A stretch of DNA of 64,000 nucleotides. It comes from a bacterium (GTDB lineage Bacteria > Hinthialibacterota > Hinthialibacteria > Hinthialibacterales > Hinthialibacteraceae). Where the stretch lies: NCBI GenBank assembly GCA_963662285.2, contig CAXXMV010000002.1:1216001-1280000 (forward strand), in the 5' to 3' direction. The notes beneath the pieces were generated by a model. That model ran no database searches and was not told the DNA's origin. It saw only the letters and a program-made list of their open reading frames with translations. This document shows, piece by piece, positions 9,922 to 24,569 of the stretch; the first letter of the stretch is position 1; each line of letters opens with the position of its first letter. Position numbers and translations under genes: made by a program.

Positions 9922-9949
9922 TTGACAGAGTTCGCGGGGCTGCTAGAAT
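9922..9949 (+). promoter_or_regulatory. rrn promoter P1 (sigma70-type)
   Basis: TTGACA-16 nt-TAGAAT with an extended -10 TG. Confidence 0.7.
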
Positions 9950-10084
9950 CTTAACTCGCTGGCCAACAAACAGTGACGCACTGTTGTGAGGAAAGCGGAC
10001 TTAGGCAGACAGCAACCAGATAAGCATCACGCAGCAAGTTGGAAAAAAAGAGAATAAAAAAAAATACGATACACGCAGTAAGCC

Positions 10085-10113
10085 TTGACGAGTAAAGCAC
10101 TTAGCAGTAAACT
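10085..10113 (+). promoter_or_regulatory. rrn promoter P2 (sigma70-type)
   Basis: TTGACG-17 nt-TAAACT, preceded by an A-rich UP-like tract. Confidence 0.65.
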
Positions 10114-10171
10114 CTAACAGGCAGGCAACGAGCCTTGAACGGTTCGCGGCGCGAAAAGGAAGGGATTCCTT

Positions 10172-10198
10172 CCTTGCTCTTTGACAATCGAACAGGTT
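10172..10198 (+). promoter_or_regulatory. boxA-like antitermination site and 5' arm of the 16S processing stem
   Basis: tgctctttgacaatcgaacaggt is complementary to acctgttcgattgttatagatcaagg in the ITS (about 12071-12097). Confidence 0.7.
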
Positions 10199-10368
10199 AG
10201 ACAGTTAACATACCCGTCAACTGTATAAGTAATCTTTTGTTGTTTTGATCCTCTAGGGGGTCAGGATGACACCAAATAAGTATATTCGAACATTGTCACG
10301 TAAGTACGTGGCGTTTGTGAGATTATCAGGTATAAATCACCATTCGGTTAAACGGATGGTTTTCAAAT

Positions 10369-11936
<1,568 letters not shown>

Positions 11937-12162
11937 AGTATTATGCCTCGATGGGGCGTTTAGCACCCTGAGATGGAAAAGCGTCGCTTCCTAGATGAAG
12001 CGGCCGAAGCTCAGATGCTTGACACTTAGTCTCATTCTTGGTAACTCCAAGGTAGAACTTATACAGTAACACCTGTTCGATTGTTATAGATCAAGGAAGA
12101 GCTCCTGCGCGCACTAGCAAATGTGAGTGCGCGTAAGTTTTGTCCGGATAATCAGTTCCGAG

Positions 12163-12238
12163 GGGCCTGTAGCTCAGCTGCGGTTAGAGCGTTCGCCTGA
12201 TAAGCGAAAGGTCACAGGTTCAACTCCTGTCAGGCCCA
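12163..12238 (+). tRNA. tRNA-Ile(GAT), CCA not encoded
   Basis: GGGCCTG/CAGGCCC acceptor stem, anticodon loop CTGATAA, T-loop GTTCAA. Confidence 0.97.
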
Positions 12239-12258
12239 ATCTGACAGTAGACTGAAAA

Positions 12259-12334
12259 GGGGCTGTAGTTCAGCTGGGAGAACGACGGCTTTGCAAGCCG
12301 TAGGTCACCGGTTCGATCCCGGTCAGCTCCACCA
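12259..12334 (+). tRNA. tRNA-Ala(TGC)
   Basis: GGGGCTG acceptor stem with a G3:U70 pair, loop TTTGCAA, GTTCGATC, terminal ACCA. Confidence 0.98.
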
Positions 12335-12498
12335 TCATACGTTATATTTGCATTCGCCATATATTACCATGACGAACGCAAATATGCCTCGAATTAACAT
12401 TCGAGCTAAGTATTCAAATTATAGAATACTGTTCTTTGAAAATTGGTTTATAAAGTGTTGTATCTTGTTGTCGGGTGTTGTTGCTAACACAAAGATAC

Positions 12499-15459
<2,961 letters not shown>

Positions 15460-15546
15460 TATGTGTCTTTGATGCGGCAACATCCGACAACCGATACAAC
15501 ACTTGATATATAAACCAATTTAATCAACTCGAAACTACTTTTTAGT

Positions 15547-15664
15547 TTCCGGTGACAATAGCAGAGAGGTCACACCCGTTCCCTTTCCGAACACGGAAGT
15601 TAAGCTCTCTTGCGCCGATGGTACTGCCGCGGACACGTGGTGGGAGAGTAGGACATCGCCGGAT
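15547..15664 (+). rRNA. rrf: 5S rRNA
   Basis: CCGAACACGGAAGTTAAG...GCCGATGGTACTG...GGGAGAGTAGG with terminal pairing tccggtg/cgccgga. Confidence 0.97.
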
Positions 15665-15673
15665 CTATTTTTC

Positions 15674-15707
15674 AAAAAGCCCCTGGCAATCCCAGGGGCT
15701 TTTTCTT
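15674..15707 (+). terminator. rrn intrinsic terminator
   Basis: aaaaagcccctgg-caatc-ccaggggcttttt. Confidence 0.9.
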
Positions 15708-15943
15708 GTTTATACTACCAAAACCCCCTCTATTTCTACCATCCGAAAACAAAATATTTGTAATCATCTTATGTAAAACGGTAGTTAGATTATCATTCTA
15801 AAGTCAATTGCCATAAAATCTATAGTTTTAGAAAACAACCCCCTCTTGTATACTCAGAGTCCCCAAGTTTGGGGGAGAAGGATTTTGTATATAAACATAT
15901 AGATCGTTTAGACTTAGTTATTGAAAACACTTTGATCATACAT

Positions 15944-15977
15944 CCCTCTCCCAAGATTGGGAGAGGTTAGGTGAGGG
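15944..15977. repeat. REP-like palindrome, family B (CCCTCTCCC/GGGAGAGG type)
   Basis: ccctctcccaagattgggagaggttaggtgaggg. Degenerate relatives near 50325-50363 and 55158-55185. Confidence 0.6.
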
Positions 15978-16162
15978 TTGATAATAATCACCCTCGCAAA
16001 CAAATTTCTACTACAGTTATTTCACCTTCTGGGAGATTCGAAAAAATTGGTAATTTTATCTTATCAAACTGATTGAAAATAACTTTGTTCTATATTGTCA
16101 AATTTAACCGACGTTTTTAGGATAATACGCATACTTTTTTTGAAACTCTATACAATCAACAA

Positions 16163-18973
16163 TTACAACCTGTCGCCTTCAGATATAATTGTCACTCGAA
16201 CTCGTGGTTTTATCTTGTCTTTTCCTTCATGGGTAAAGACAATTTCATTATCGCCTTTATTGAGCATGGGTATTTCACCAATCGGTTTGATCTCTCCAAT
16301 TAAATCACCGTCCGCTCCAAAATGCATACAATTCGTTAGAGAATAAAATTCAAGATACTGGCCGCTTTCAAGGGCTATGGGGAAAACTATCTTTTTCCCA
16401 TCTATCATGATGGCTGGATTATTGATTGTATTACTTATTGTTGGCAGGGCTTTGATGGCGCCGATTTTTACTTGCGCTTCTGTATTGATAGCAATGTTGT
16501 TTACCCAAATATTCAAATTGGATACATGGTCAAATTTAAGTTTTTCCCTATAAATTGAATACGTCGAACCGTAGGGCCATTTATAATTATTGTAACGCTC
16601 CGATTCCATTTCAAGCAACTCGCAATATTTCCAGCCAGTGAAATCAATAACGATATATCTTTCTCCATATCCACCGATCAGGTGCTCTGGACTGCGTAAT
16701 TGAATATTTAACACCTCTCCCTTGCCATCGCCATATACCCACAAACCTAATGCTTGATGTTTGCTAAGATCCAAATTCGGCTCAAAAGGTACTTCAATTT
16801 TAGCCCAGGCGCCTTTTCCATCCTTTTGACCTATGTTCTTTACTGTTATTTCATTGATAAATGGACCAAACTTACCTGATTCCTTTTTACATTGGAAATC
16901 GAGTTGAACTCCCTCCGCTGTTGCATGACTCATCTGATCTTTATTAGGGGAAAAGTCGACCAGAATCTTATTCTCTTCCGAATCGTACAATTCCGCCGAC
17001 ATCAGCGCTTCGATTCTTAATTTAACAGGTTGAGATTCAAATGGATTATTTGATATCCAAAGCGCTTCATTATCTACTACCTCTTCAATTTTATGCTTAT
17101 CGTATTGACGTGGATAAAAACTCCAGTCATCTTTTGAATCCTTTTTAAGAGTGTATTCGCTTCCCGGAATCCGCAGTTTCTCCTTGATAGACTCATCAAA
17201 ATAATTGGCATGGCGTAAATCTTCATACTGTTTCATGATTCCGGCCAGGCGTTTAAATACAGGTTTATTACAGTTCGAGGGATTAATCCCCATGATCGAA
17301 AAGCCCACATCCGTGCCTATACATTTACCGCAGAGATATTCAATATCGTCGGAAAATGTCGGTTCTCCCTGGATTCCAGTCCAGGTCTTAGTGGCCCACC
17401 ATCCTAAATGACCTGGCAGGAACATGCGTTTCAAACCTTCATTGGCCTGGCAATGGATATCAATAAAGCGTTTGTGCCCCCTTGTTGGATGATCCCAGGC
17501 GCCCATTCTGGAACGGACATACCAAAGATGGTGATGAAAGGTACTCATTTCCATCAAGGCGGATTTCTTTAAGCGGGAAAACAATTCGAAGACATATTTG
17601 GAACCATAATGCCATGAGTTTTCTGATCCGCCCAGAATATCTTCTCCATCCAAGGCATCAAGATAGATCATGTCGAATCCACACTCATTAAAAGCCTGCG
17701 CAGATTTACTGGCCACTTCCGCTAAAAGCGTTGAGTCGCCATCAGGAACAAATAAGCCAAAACATTCTTTCAGATGATGTACTTTGGCGCCCTTGGGATG
17801 CTGCGATACTTTGGTTCCATACGCGCCTCTTTTGCACTGCAAAAACGCATAGGGAGGCTGTTTGTCTATATCACTGTATGTAATGAGTTCATCTTCGATT
17901 TGCAGGGTTACGCTATTTCGCACGAAAAATCCCGTCAAATTAGACATATTTTCGGTCGATTCGATGACGGGTACTTTGGTTTCATCCTCGGAAAGGTCGG
18001 AAGCCAGTGTCAACGTAGCGTCTTTCGCCAAACGTGGATCGGGTATTGGCGTTACCCAGGGACATTTTTTATCAATAAAGAATGCATAAGTATGCAGACC
18101 AGCTGATATCCCGGCGGCATGCAGGCGGTCAATCACGCGCTTAAGGCTCTTGCGCCCTTCTGGATACGTCTTGGGATTGGGCAAACAATCACCAAAGCGA
18201 AATGATGTGCCTCCATGAAAATCAATTTGATTAATGCCCAACTGATTCGCTAGAGATATCCATTGATCTACTGCGTCTTCGGATAGATCTCCGAAATTAA
18301 ACAGGTATGATCCTTTGTTAATCGGACCATCCAATGCCCATGGTCCACCGATGGTTGAATGGGGCAAGTCCTTCGATTGACTGACAACTTCTTGTATTAC
18401 TTCACGCAAATCACTTTGCAAACAGCCGATCAAAGCCATTTCGGCGCCCACCATACCAAACCGTGGATAACACATTGCATGTATTTTGCTATTAGCTTGA
18501 GGCAATTCCGGGACATTGGTTTGTAAATTCAGAGCCAAGGCGCATCCCGCTATAGGATCACCAGGAGATTTAAGAGATAAATCAATGAAGGTCAGCGACT
18601 CAACATCATCACCCGCAACCTCGATAACTTCAAATAAAAAGTAGCGCTTGTTGATCGTTGCCTTGACTAATGCATGGACGCCGGATTCACCGAACTTATA
18701 CTGTATCTGTGTCCCATCGTACGAGACTTCGCTAACCGGCCAATCCCGACCACCTGATTTGACCGATGCGCAGTAAGGAGTCGCCGCCTGATCGCAGTAA
18801 TCCTGGCCGGATTTTTTATCGGTAAAATGTAGATTCCTACCATCTGATCCGATTTCATAGATAACACAATCATTCTCCAGTGAGATATTGGCGGATTCGA
18901 CGATTAATGCTGAAAAAAAACAATAAAATAGCGTAAATACCAAGACGTTTCTCATATTTGGGTTCCTTCTCAC
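16163..18973 (-). CDS. Large secreted hypothetical protein, possible glycoside-hydrolase-like barrel plus CBM-like domain
   Basis: Signal peptide, GISAGLHT and FDMIYLDALDG barrel-like motifs, and a C-terminal LGLWVYGDGKGE...IDFTGWKY motif resembling CBM11/CIA30. Confidence 0.6.
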   Translation of the reverse strand: MRRNPNMRNVLVFTLFYCFFSALIVESANISLENDCVIYEIGSDGRNLHFTDKKSGQDYCDQAATPYCASVKSGGRDWPVSEVSYDGTQIQYKFGESGVHALVKATINKRYFLFEVIEVAGDDVESLTFIDLSLKSPGDPIAGCALALNLQTNVPELPQANSKIHAMCYPRFGMVGAEMALIGCLQSDLREVIQEVVSQSKDLPHSTIGGPWALDGPINKGSYLFNFGDLSEDAVDQWISLANQLGINQIDFHGGTSFRFGDCLPNPKTYPEGRKSLKRVIDRLHAAGISAGLHTYAFFIDKKCPWVTPIPDPRLAKDATLTLASDLSEDETKVPVIESTENMSNLTGFFVRNSVTLQIEDELITYSDIDKQPPYAFLQCKRGAYGTKVSQHPKGAKVHHLKECFGLFVPDGDSTLLAEVASKSAQAFNECGFDMIYLDALDGEDILGGSENSWHYGSKYVFELFSRLKKSALMEMSTFHHHLWYVRSRMGAWDHPTRGHKRFIDIHCQANEGLKRMFLPGHLGWWATKTWTGIQGEPTFSDDIEYLCGKCIGTDVGFSIMGINPSNCNKPVFKRLAGIMKQYEDLRHANYFDESIKEKLRIPGSEYTLKKDSKDDWSFYPRQYDKHKIEEVVDNEALWISNNPFESQPVKLRIEALMSAELYDSEENKILVDFSPNKDQMSHATAEGVQLDFQCKKESGKFGPFINEITVKNIGQKDGKGAWAKIEVPFEPNLDLSKHQALGLWVYGDGKGEVLNIQLRSPEHLIGGYGERYIVIDFTGWKYCELLEMESERYNNYKWPYGSTYSIYREKLKFDHVSNLNIWVNNIAINTEAQVKIGAIKALPTISNTINNPAIMIDGKKIVFPIALESGQYLEFYSLTNCMHFGADGDLIGEIKPIGEIPMLNKGDNEIVFTHEGKDKIKPRVRVTIISEGDRL

Positions 18974-19174
18974 ACGGTATTATGAAACCTGTTTAGTTAA
19001 ATTTGAAAATTCTACTTTCTCATTAATTCTTACTTTCGTCTAGAGTCATTTTCCTAATAACTTTCTAATCTGTGATTCTAAAAAGCCGAAAAAGATTGAC
19101 CTTATTTGGCAATTTGGCTAAAATGCCAAATAAGGTTATGCGTCAAGAAATCCTGAAAATGGAGGAAGAATATC

Positions 19175-19864
19175 ATGTCAAAGACAATCGGGAGAAGAGA
19201 GTTAATTGGCGTTGCAGGAGCGGCGGCAGTGGTGAGCGTTGTTGGCAACGATGCTACGGGACAGGAGAACAAAACCAAACGCAAAATTATTGGCGTCTGT
19301 TGTAGTCCGCGTAAAGGAATGACAACCTCATCGGCGCTTACCGCATGTTTGAACGCAGTTAAAGAAAAAGACCCTAATTTAGAAACCGAACTAATTGAAC
19401 TGGCCGAACTCAGCATCCCGGCGCAGTTGGCCGCTGGTCAGCCTTTACGCAAAGGTGAGACGGATGATTTTCCCATCATCGTCGAGAAACTTGGTGATCC
19501 AGCCGTGGTCGGAATCATTGTCGGTTCACCGGTATATTTCGGGAATATGAGCGCCTTATGCAAGGCTTTTCTAGACCGTTGCATTGCATTCCGGAAAGAT
19601 GGATTCAAACTCCGCAACAAGGTCGCGGGAGTCTTGGCAGTCGGTGGAGCACGCAATGGTGGCCAGGAACTGACTATTCGTTCCATTCAAACATCGTTGA
19701 TGTGTCAGGACATGATAATCGTTGGTGACGGTCAACCTTCGGCGCGGATCGGAGCGACGCTCTGGAGTCAGAGCAACTCTATTGATGATGATTCATTTGG
19801 GCAGGGTACTGTGAAAAATCTTGGAAACCGTGTTGCTGAAATGGCGTCGCTAATTAGAAGATGA
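19175..19864 (+). CDS. Flavodoxin-fold NAD(P)H-dependent FMN reductase-like protein with a twin-arginine-like leader
   Basis: GRRELIG plus hydrophobic stretch, SPRKGMT, GSPVYFG, GGARNGGQE. Confidence 0.85.
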   Translation: MSKTIGRRELIGVAGAAAVVSVVGNDATGQENKTKRKIIGVCCSPRKGMTTSSALTACLNAVKEKDPNLETELIELAELSIPAQLAAGQPLRKGETDDFPIIVEKLGDPAVVGIIVGSPVYFGNMSALCKAFLDRCIAFRKDGFKLRNKVAGVLAVGGARNGGQELTIRSIQTSLMCQDMIIVGDGQPSARIGATLWSQSNSIDDDSFGQGTVKNLGNRVAEMASLIRR

Positions 19865-19921
19865 TGCAACTCCAGTTTAAGGTTAACAATGATATAACAA
19901 TTGGGGAAAAGTCTATCTAGT

Positions 19922-20239
19922 ATGGATCAAAAAACCAGACAACAACTCGAATTGAGAGCAAGAATAATTAAGTCTCTTGCTCATCCATCCCGTTTGCTCG
20001 TAGTGCAAACTTTGAGCGATGGAGAGCAGTGCGTATGCTGCCTGACCGCATTGATCGGTTCTGATATGTCGACTGTTTCAAAGCATCTTGCTCTCTTAAA
20101 GAATGCTGGAATTATTCAAGATGAAAAACGGGGCAATCAGGTTTTCTATAGATTGAAAACTCCCTGCGTCTTGAATTTTCTGAAATGCGTGGAACGGGTA
20201 ATAGAGGAATCACATCAATCACATATAGATATGGCCTGA
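19922..20239 (+). CDS. ArsR/SmtB-family transcriptional regulator
   Basis: KSLAHPSRL, CVCCL, STVSKHLALLKNAG, GNQVFYRL. ATG chosen at 19922. Confidence 0.92.
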   Translation: MDQKTRQQLELRARIIKSLAHPSRLLVVQTLSDGEQCVCCLTALIGSDMSTVSKHLALLKNAGIIQDEKRGNQVFYRLKTPCVLNFLKCVERVIEESHQSHIDMA

Positions 20240-20330
20240 TCTGCTTAGGCGGAAAAATATGGTTTTCGAATCCTAATGGCCGCATTGAGTAATGTGATTT
20301 CCAGAATGATCTAAAAAGGATAACAAACTT

Positions 20331-21563
20331 ATGAACAATCAAAAAAGCGTCTCAAAAAAATATGCTGGTCTATATTACACTCTGTTGGCGCTGCTCTTGT
20401 TTGTACCCATCATTCTATCTCTATCTACGAAAATGTGGGTTCTGACAGCAATCAGTATTGGCGTTCTATTTGGATTCTTTTTACAAAAAGGCGACCTATG
20501 CGGAGCATCGGCGTTCAGCGAAATCCTTCTTTTACGTAGTTGGAGAAAAGTTTTTGGAATATGGGTGGCAATCGTTGTCTCAATGATCGGTTTTGCGGTA
20601 TTGAACTCATTGGGATTGATTGCGCTAAATCCGAAACCTTTCATCTGGCTGAATTACATTGTCGGAGGGGTGATTTTTGGCGTAGGCATGGTATTGGCTG
20701 GTGGATGCGTCAGCGGCTGTTTGTATAAAGCAGGCGCCGGAAACCTCAATTCAATGGCAGGTCTGGTTGGCATCCCTATCGGAGTAGCCATGGTTGAATT
20801 CGGACCATTTTCTTCATTTCATAAATATATGAAGCAATTCATTATCCGGGCGGATGATGGATCATCAATCACATTATCTTCATTAACCGGGTTGCCATAT
20901 TGGCTGCTGGCGTTAGGCTTCGCAATCATAACGATATTGTTGGTGTTCTTTTTATCAAAACAAAAAACAAATTCTGCTAACAATAAAAGGTTGGAAGAGA
21001 GAATCTTTTTCCAGTCTTGGAAACCTTGGATGGCTGGGCTTGCTATCGGTCTTTTATCCATTCCCGCCTATTTATCGTCTGCTGAAAGCGGCAGAAATTA
21101 TCCCTTAGGCGTCACTCATGGCGTGCTGCATGCAGAATTACTTTTAACCGATCAACAGTTTAACCATGTCTTTCAAAAGAAGACCACAACACCCCAGCCT
21201 GCTATCAATGCGCAAAATAAATCCACCGTTCCGGCTCAAAACAATTCAAATCCTCCCAAAAAAATTGTATGGTGGCTTGTAGCATTAATTATCAGTATGG
21301 TGGCCGGTTCATTTATCTCTGGGAAATTATCCGGTCAAACGCGCTTGTTACCCAAGCCTCCGGAACAAACATTTATTGCATTTTTTGGGGGAATATTAGT
21401 TGGAACAGGAGCGGCTTTTGCCACTGGATGCGTCATCGGAAACATCTTTTCCGGATTTGCATTGATGAGCGTAGGTAATTATCTATTTGCAGTCGTGGCC
21501 ATTTTAGCCAATTGGTTCACAACATATTTCTATCTGATGGGCGCCTCACTGAAAAAATCTTAA
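20331..21563 (+). CDS. YeeE/YedE (thiosulfate/sulfur transporter) family membrane protein
   Basis: Multi-TM protein with DLCGAS, FGVGMVLAGGCVSG and GAAFATGCVIG conserved Cys motifs. Confidence 0.9.
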   Translation: MNNQKSVSKKYAGLYYTLLALLLFVPIILSLSTKMWVLTAISIGVLFGFFLQKGDLCGASAFSEILLLRSWRKVFGIWVAIVVSMIGFAVLNSLGLIALNPKPFIWLNYIVGGVIFGVGMVLAGGCVSGCLYKAGAGNLNSMAGLVGIPIGVAMVEFGPFSSFHKYMKQFIIRADDGSSITLSSLTGLPYWLLALGFAIITILLVFFLSKQKTNSANNKRLEERIFFQSWKPWMAGLAIGLLSIPAYLSSAESGRNYPLGVTHGVLHAELLLTDQQFNHVFQKKTTTPQPAINAQNKSTVPAQNNSNPPKKIVWWLVALIISMVAGSFISGKLSGQTRLLPKPPEQTFIAFFGGILVGTGAAFATGCVIGNIFSGFALMSVGNYLFAVVAILANWFTTYFYLMGASLKKS

Positions 21564-21810
21564 ATCTTAACTCATGATTTTCGAGTGCATTCCATAATAA
21601 CATTAGTGGAACAATTAATTCATCTCGGTTACAATTCTATTGAATGACGATTTGGGTTAAGATGGATCATATCTAGAGCGATTCTAAAAATAACATGCGT
21701 CAATTCGGTTGTTATAAGTCCCCTCTTTTGGGGACTTTTAACAAATTCAACGTTTTCAATACGCATATATTTTGGTTAACCGCTATATCTGAATAAAGAG
21801 GTTAAAACCA

Positions 21811-23103
21811 TTGAAAAAACGGATTCTGACTATCTATTTTATCGTCGTAATGTCTGCATTGATTAGCTGGAGTGATTGGCCGCAATTCCGTGGACCCAAC
21901 AATGATGGGCATGCCGTCCTGCAGGCTGGAGAACAGGCCAAACCGCTGCCCGTTGAGTTTAATGAGTCTACCAATGTCAAGTGGAAAATTCCCATACATG
22001 ATCTGGGGTGGTGCACTCCGGTTATTATGGGTAAGCAGGTCTGGTTGACAACGGCGTCGCTTGATGGACGCAAAATGTATGTTCTTTGCATTGACAGGGA
22101 ATCTGGCGAAATTCTATTGGATCGTCAACAATTTAATATTGAATCACCCCGGCCATTAGGCAATGATGTCAATACCTACGCTTCGCCTTCCTGCGTCATT
22201 GAAGAGGGAAGAGTTTATGTTCATTTTGGCAGTTACGGCACTGCGTGTATTGATACGAAGACCTTCAAGACGCTGTGGCAACGGCAGGACCTTCCCTGCA
22301 ACCATTTCCGGGGCCCGGCCTCATCGCCCATTCTGTTTGAAGACAAATTAATCTTGACCTTTGATGGCTCCGATTACCAATATCAGGCGGCGTTAAATAA
22401 AATCACTGGCGAAACAATCTGGAAAACCGACCGCGATTCAAATTTCAAAGATTTGGATAATGAGGGAAAGCCCAAGCGTGATGGTGATTTACGCAAAGCT
22501 TATTGCACTCCCTATATCGCCATGATTGATAATCAACCGCAAATGTTGGTTGCGGCTTCACATACCTCATTCTGCTATGATCCACGATCCGGCGAAGAAA
22601 TATGGCGCATTGACCACGAGGGTTACTCCATCGCTTCAATGTCGTTATATGGTCATGGTTTGATTTATATCTTTACCGGACGCAGCCGCCCTGATTTACT
22701 AGCGGTGCAACCGGGCGGTAAGGGAGATATTACCAAGACGCACATCAAGTGGAAATACAACAAAGGAGTTCCATCCATGTGCTCGCCCATTATGGTTGGT
22801 GATCTTATTTACTTTGTGAATAACGGCGGCGTTATTACCTGTCTGGATGCAAAAACGGGAGAAGAGGTTTGGAAGGATCGCTTGAAAGGTCAATACTATG
22901 CATCTCCCATCTTTGCGGATAATAAACTCTATTTTTGTAATGTTACTGGAGATGTGACTATTATTAAACCAGGAAGAAAAATGAATATTTTAAAGATCAA
23001 TACTTTATCTGATGGTTTCATGTCTTCACCGGCAGCCATCAATGGTGAATTATACTTGAGGACCAAATCTCATCTGTATCGCATCGAACAAATTGGTTCG
23101 TAA
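21811..23103 (+). CDS. PQQ-like (BamB-like) beta-propeller protein 1, secreted
   Basis: Signal peptide, DWPQFRGP, repeated DxxTGxxxW blades, SSPA. Confidence 0.9.
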   Translation: MKKRILTIYFIVVMSALISWSDWPQFRGPNNDGHAVLQAGEQAKPLPVEFNESTNVKWKIPIHDLGWCTPVIMGKQVWLTTASLDGRKMYVLCIDRESGEILLDRQQFNIESPRPLGNDVNTYASPSCVIEEGRVYVHFGSYGTACIDTKTFKTLWQRQDLPCNHFRGPASSPILFEDKLILTFDGSDYQYQAALNKITGETIWKTDRDSNFKDLDNEGKPKRDGDLRKAYCTPYIAMIDNQPQMLVAASHTSFCYDPRSGEEIWRIDHEGYSIASMSLYGHGLIYIFTGRSRPDLLAVQPGGKGDITKTHIKWKYNKGVPSMCSPIMVGDLIYFVNNGGVITCLDAKTGEEVWKDRLKGQYYASPIFADNKLYFCNVTGDVTIIKPGRKMNILKINTLSDGFMSSPAAINGELYLRTKSHLYRIEQIGS

Positions 23104-23151
23104 TTAGTGGAGCCCTTGATGATTCAAGGGTAAAAAAAGGAGATTGTTAAT

Positions 23152-24372
23152 ATGTATTCTGGTTATAACAAAAAAATTATATATGTTTTTTCGGCAGTTC
23201 TAATGGTTGCTTTAATGGCGCCATGTGGAGTGATTGCGGATGATTGGCATCAATTTCATGGACCCAATCGTGACCGGATTTCCAACGAAACAGGTTGGCG
23301 CACCAATTGGAGCGATGACGATCCCAAGGTTCTCTGGAAAAAGTCAATCGGCATAGGTTTTTCGTCAATGTCCATTGTCGGAGACCGTGTGTTTACTATG
23401 GGTAACACAAACAATCAGGAGACGGTCTGGTGTTTTGATGTGAAAACCGGGGAAAAAGTGTGGTCTCATACCTACGACTGCGAACTATTTCCAAAGAATC
23501 ACGAAGGTGGTCCTGGTGGAACGCCGACTATCGATAACGAGTCTGTCTACACCGTGAGCAAAGAAGGATATATGTATTGCCTGGATGTTAAGACAGGCAA
23601 AGTTAAATGGGAAAAAGACCTGAAAAAAGAATTTGACGCCAAGATGCCAACCTGGCGTTTCGCCCTCTCTCCATTGCTTGAAGGTGATCGTCTTGTTCTT
23701 GATGTGGGCCTGGCAGTCGTCTTGAATAAAAAGACCGGCGATCTTATTTGGAAATCAGCCAACTACGGTTCCGCCTATTCATCGCCCATCGCTTTTGATT
23801 TTAATGGAAAACGTTGCTTTGCGATTGTACCCGCTTTCGGTCTGGTTGTGCTTGATGCATCTAGTGGTAAAGAAATCGGAAAATTTAAATGGGAAACTCG
23901 TTACGATGTTAATGCAGCTACTCCATTAGTTATGGGGAACAAATTCTTCCTCTCCTCGGGTTACAAAAAGGGTGGGTCAATGGTCGAAATGAGCGCTGAT
24001 GGTGAAATTAAAGAACTATGGCATAACCCCCTGATGCGTAACCACATGAATGCCACGATATTCTGGAAAGACTATTTGTATGGATTTGATGAAGGCAAAC
24101 TTAAATGCATCAATGCCAAAACAGGTGCTGATGTCTGGGAGCAACGTGGTCTTGGAAAAGGATCACTTATGCTGGCTGATGGAAAATTGATCATCCTTAG
24201 TGAAAAAGGTGAACTCGTGGTTGCAGAAGCCAATGGAGCAGCATTTAAACCTCTGTGTCGTAAGCAGGTTCTCTCAGGCCGATGCTGGACCGTTCCCGTT
24301 CTGGCGAATGGTAATATCTATTGCCGCAATGCCGCCGGAGATTTCATATGCCTGGATGTCAGTAAAAAATAG
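23152..24372 (+). CDS. PQQ-like beta-propeller protein 2, secreted
   Basis: Signal peptide, DWHQFHGP, repeated DxKTGxxxW, CWTVPVLANG. Confidence 0.9.
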   Translation: MYSGYNKKIIYVFSAVLMVALMAPCGVIADDWHQFHGPNRDRISNETGWRTNWSDDDPKVLWKKSIGIGFSSMSIVGDRVFTMGNTNNQETVWCFDVKTGEKVWSHTYDCELFPKNHEGGPGGTPTIDNESVYTVSKEGYMYCLDVKTGKVKWEKDLKKEFDAKMPTWRFALSPLLEGDRLVLDVGLAVVLNKKTGDLIWKSANYGSAYSSPIAFDFNGKRCFAIVPAFGLVVLDASSGKEIGKFKWETRYDVNAATPLVMGNKFFLSSGYKKGGSMVEMSADGEIKELWHNPLMRNHMNATIFWKDYLYGFDEGKLKCINAKTGADVWEQRGLGKGSLMLADGKLIILSEKGELVVAEANGAAFKPLCRKQVLSGRCWTVPVLANGNIYCRNAAGDFICLDVSKK

Positions 24373-24408
24373 ATGGGAAATCGGTTATCAAATAACCTGA
24401 TAGTATAA

Positions 24409-24452
24409 AAAATCCCTTTCAATAGATGCATCTGTTAATTGAAAGGGATTTT
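24409..24452. terminator. Hairpin or terminator between propellers 2 and 3
   Basis: aaaatccctttcaat ... attgaaagggatttt inverted repeat. Confidence 0.7.
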
Positions 24453-24569
24453 ACTTTAGACAAAAACCACTCTACTTCTGATCCACGATTCGACTCCCGT
24501 TATTACATGCAATCGGCTAAGCTGTTGCGATAACGACAACTTGTTGGAAAAGTGAGGCAAGCATTAACC

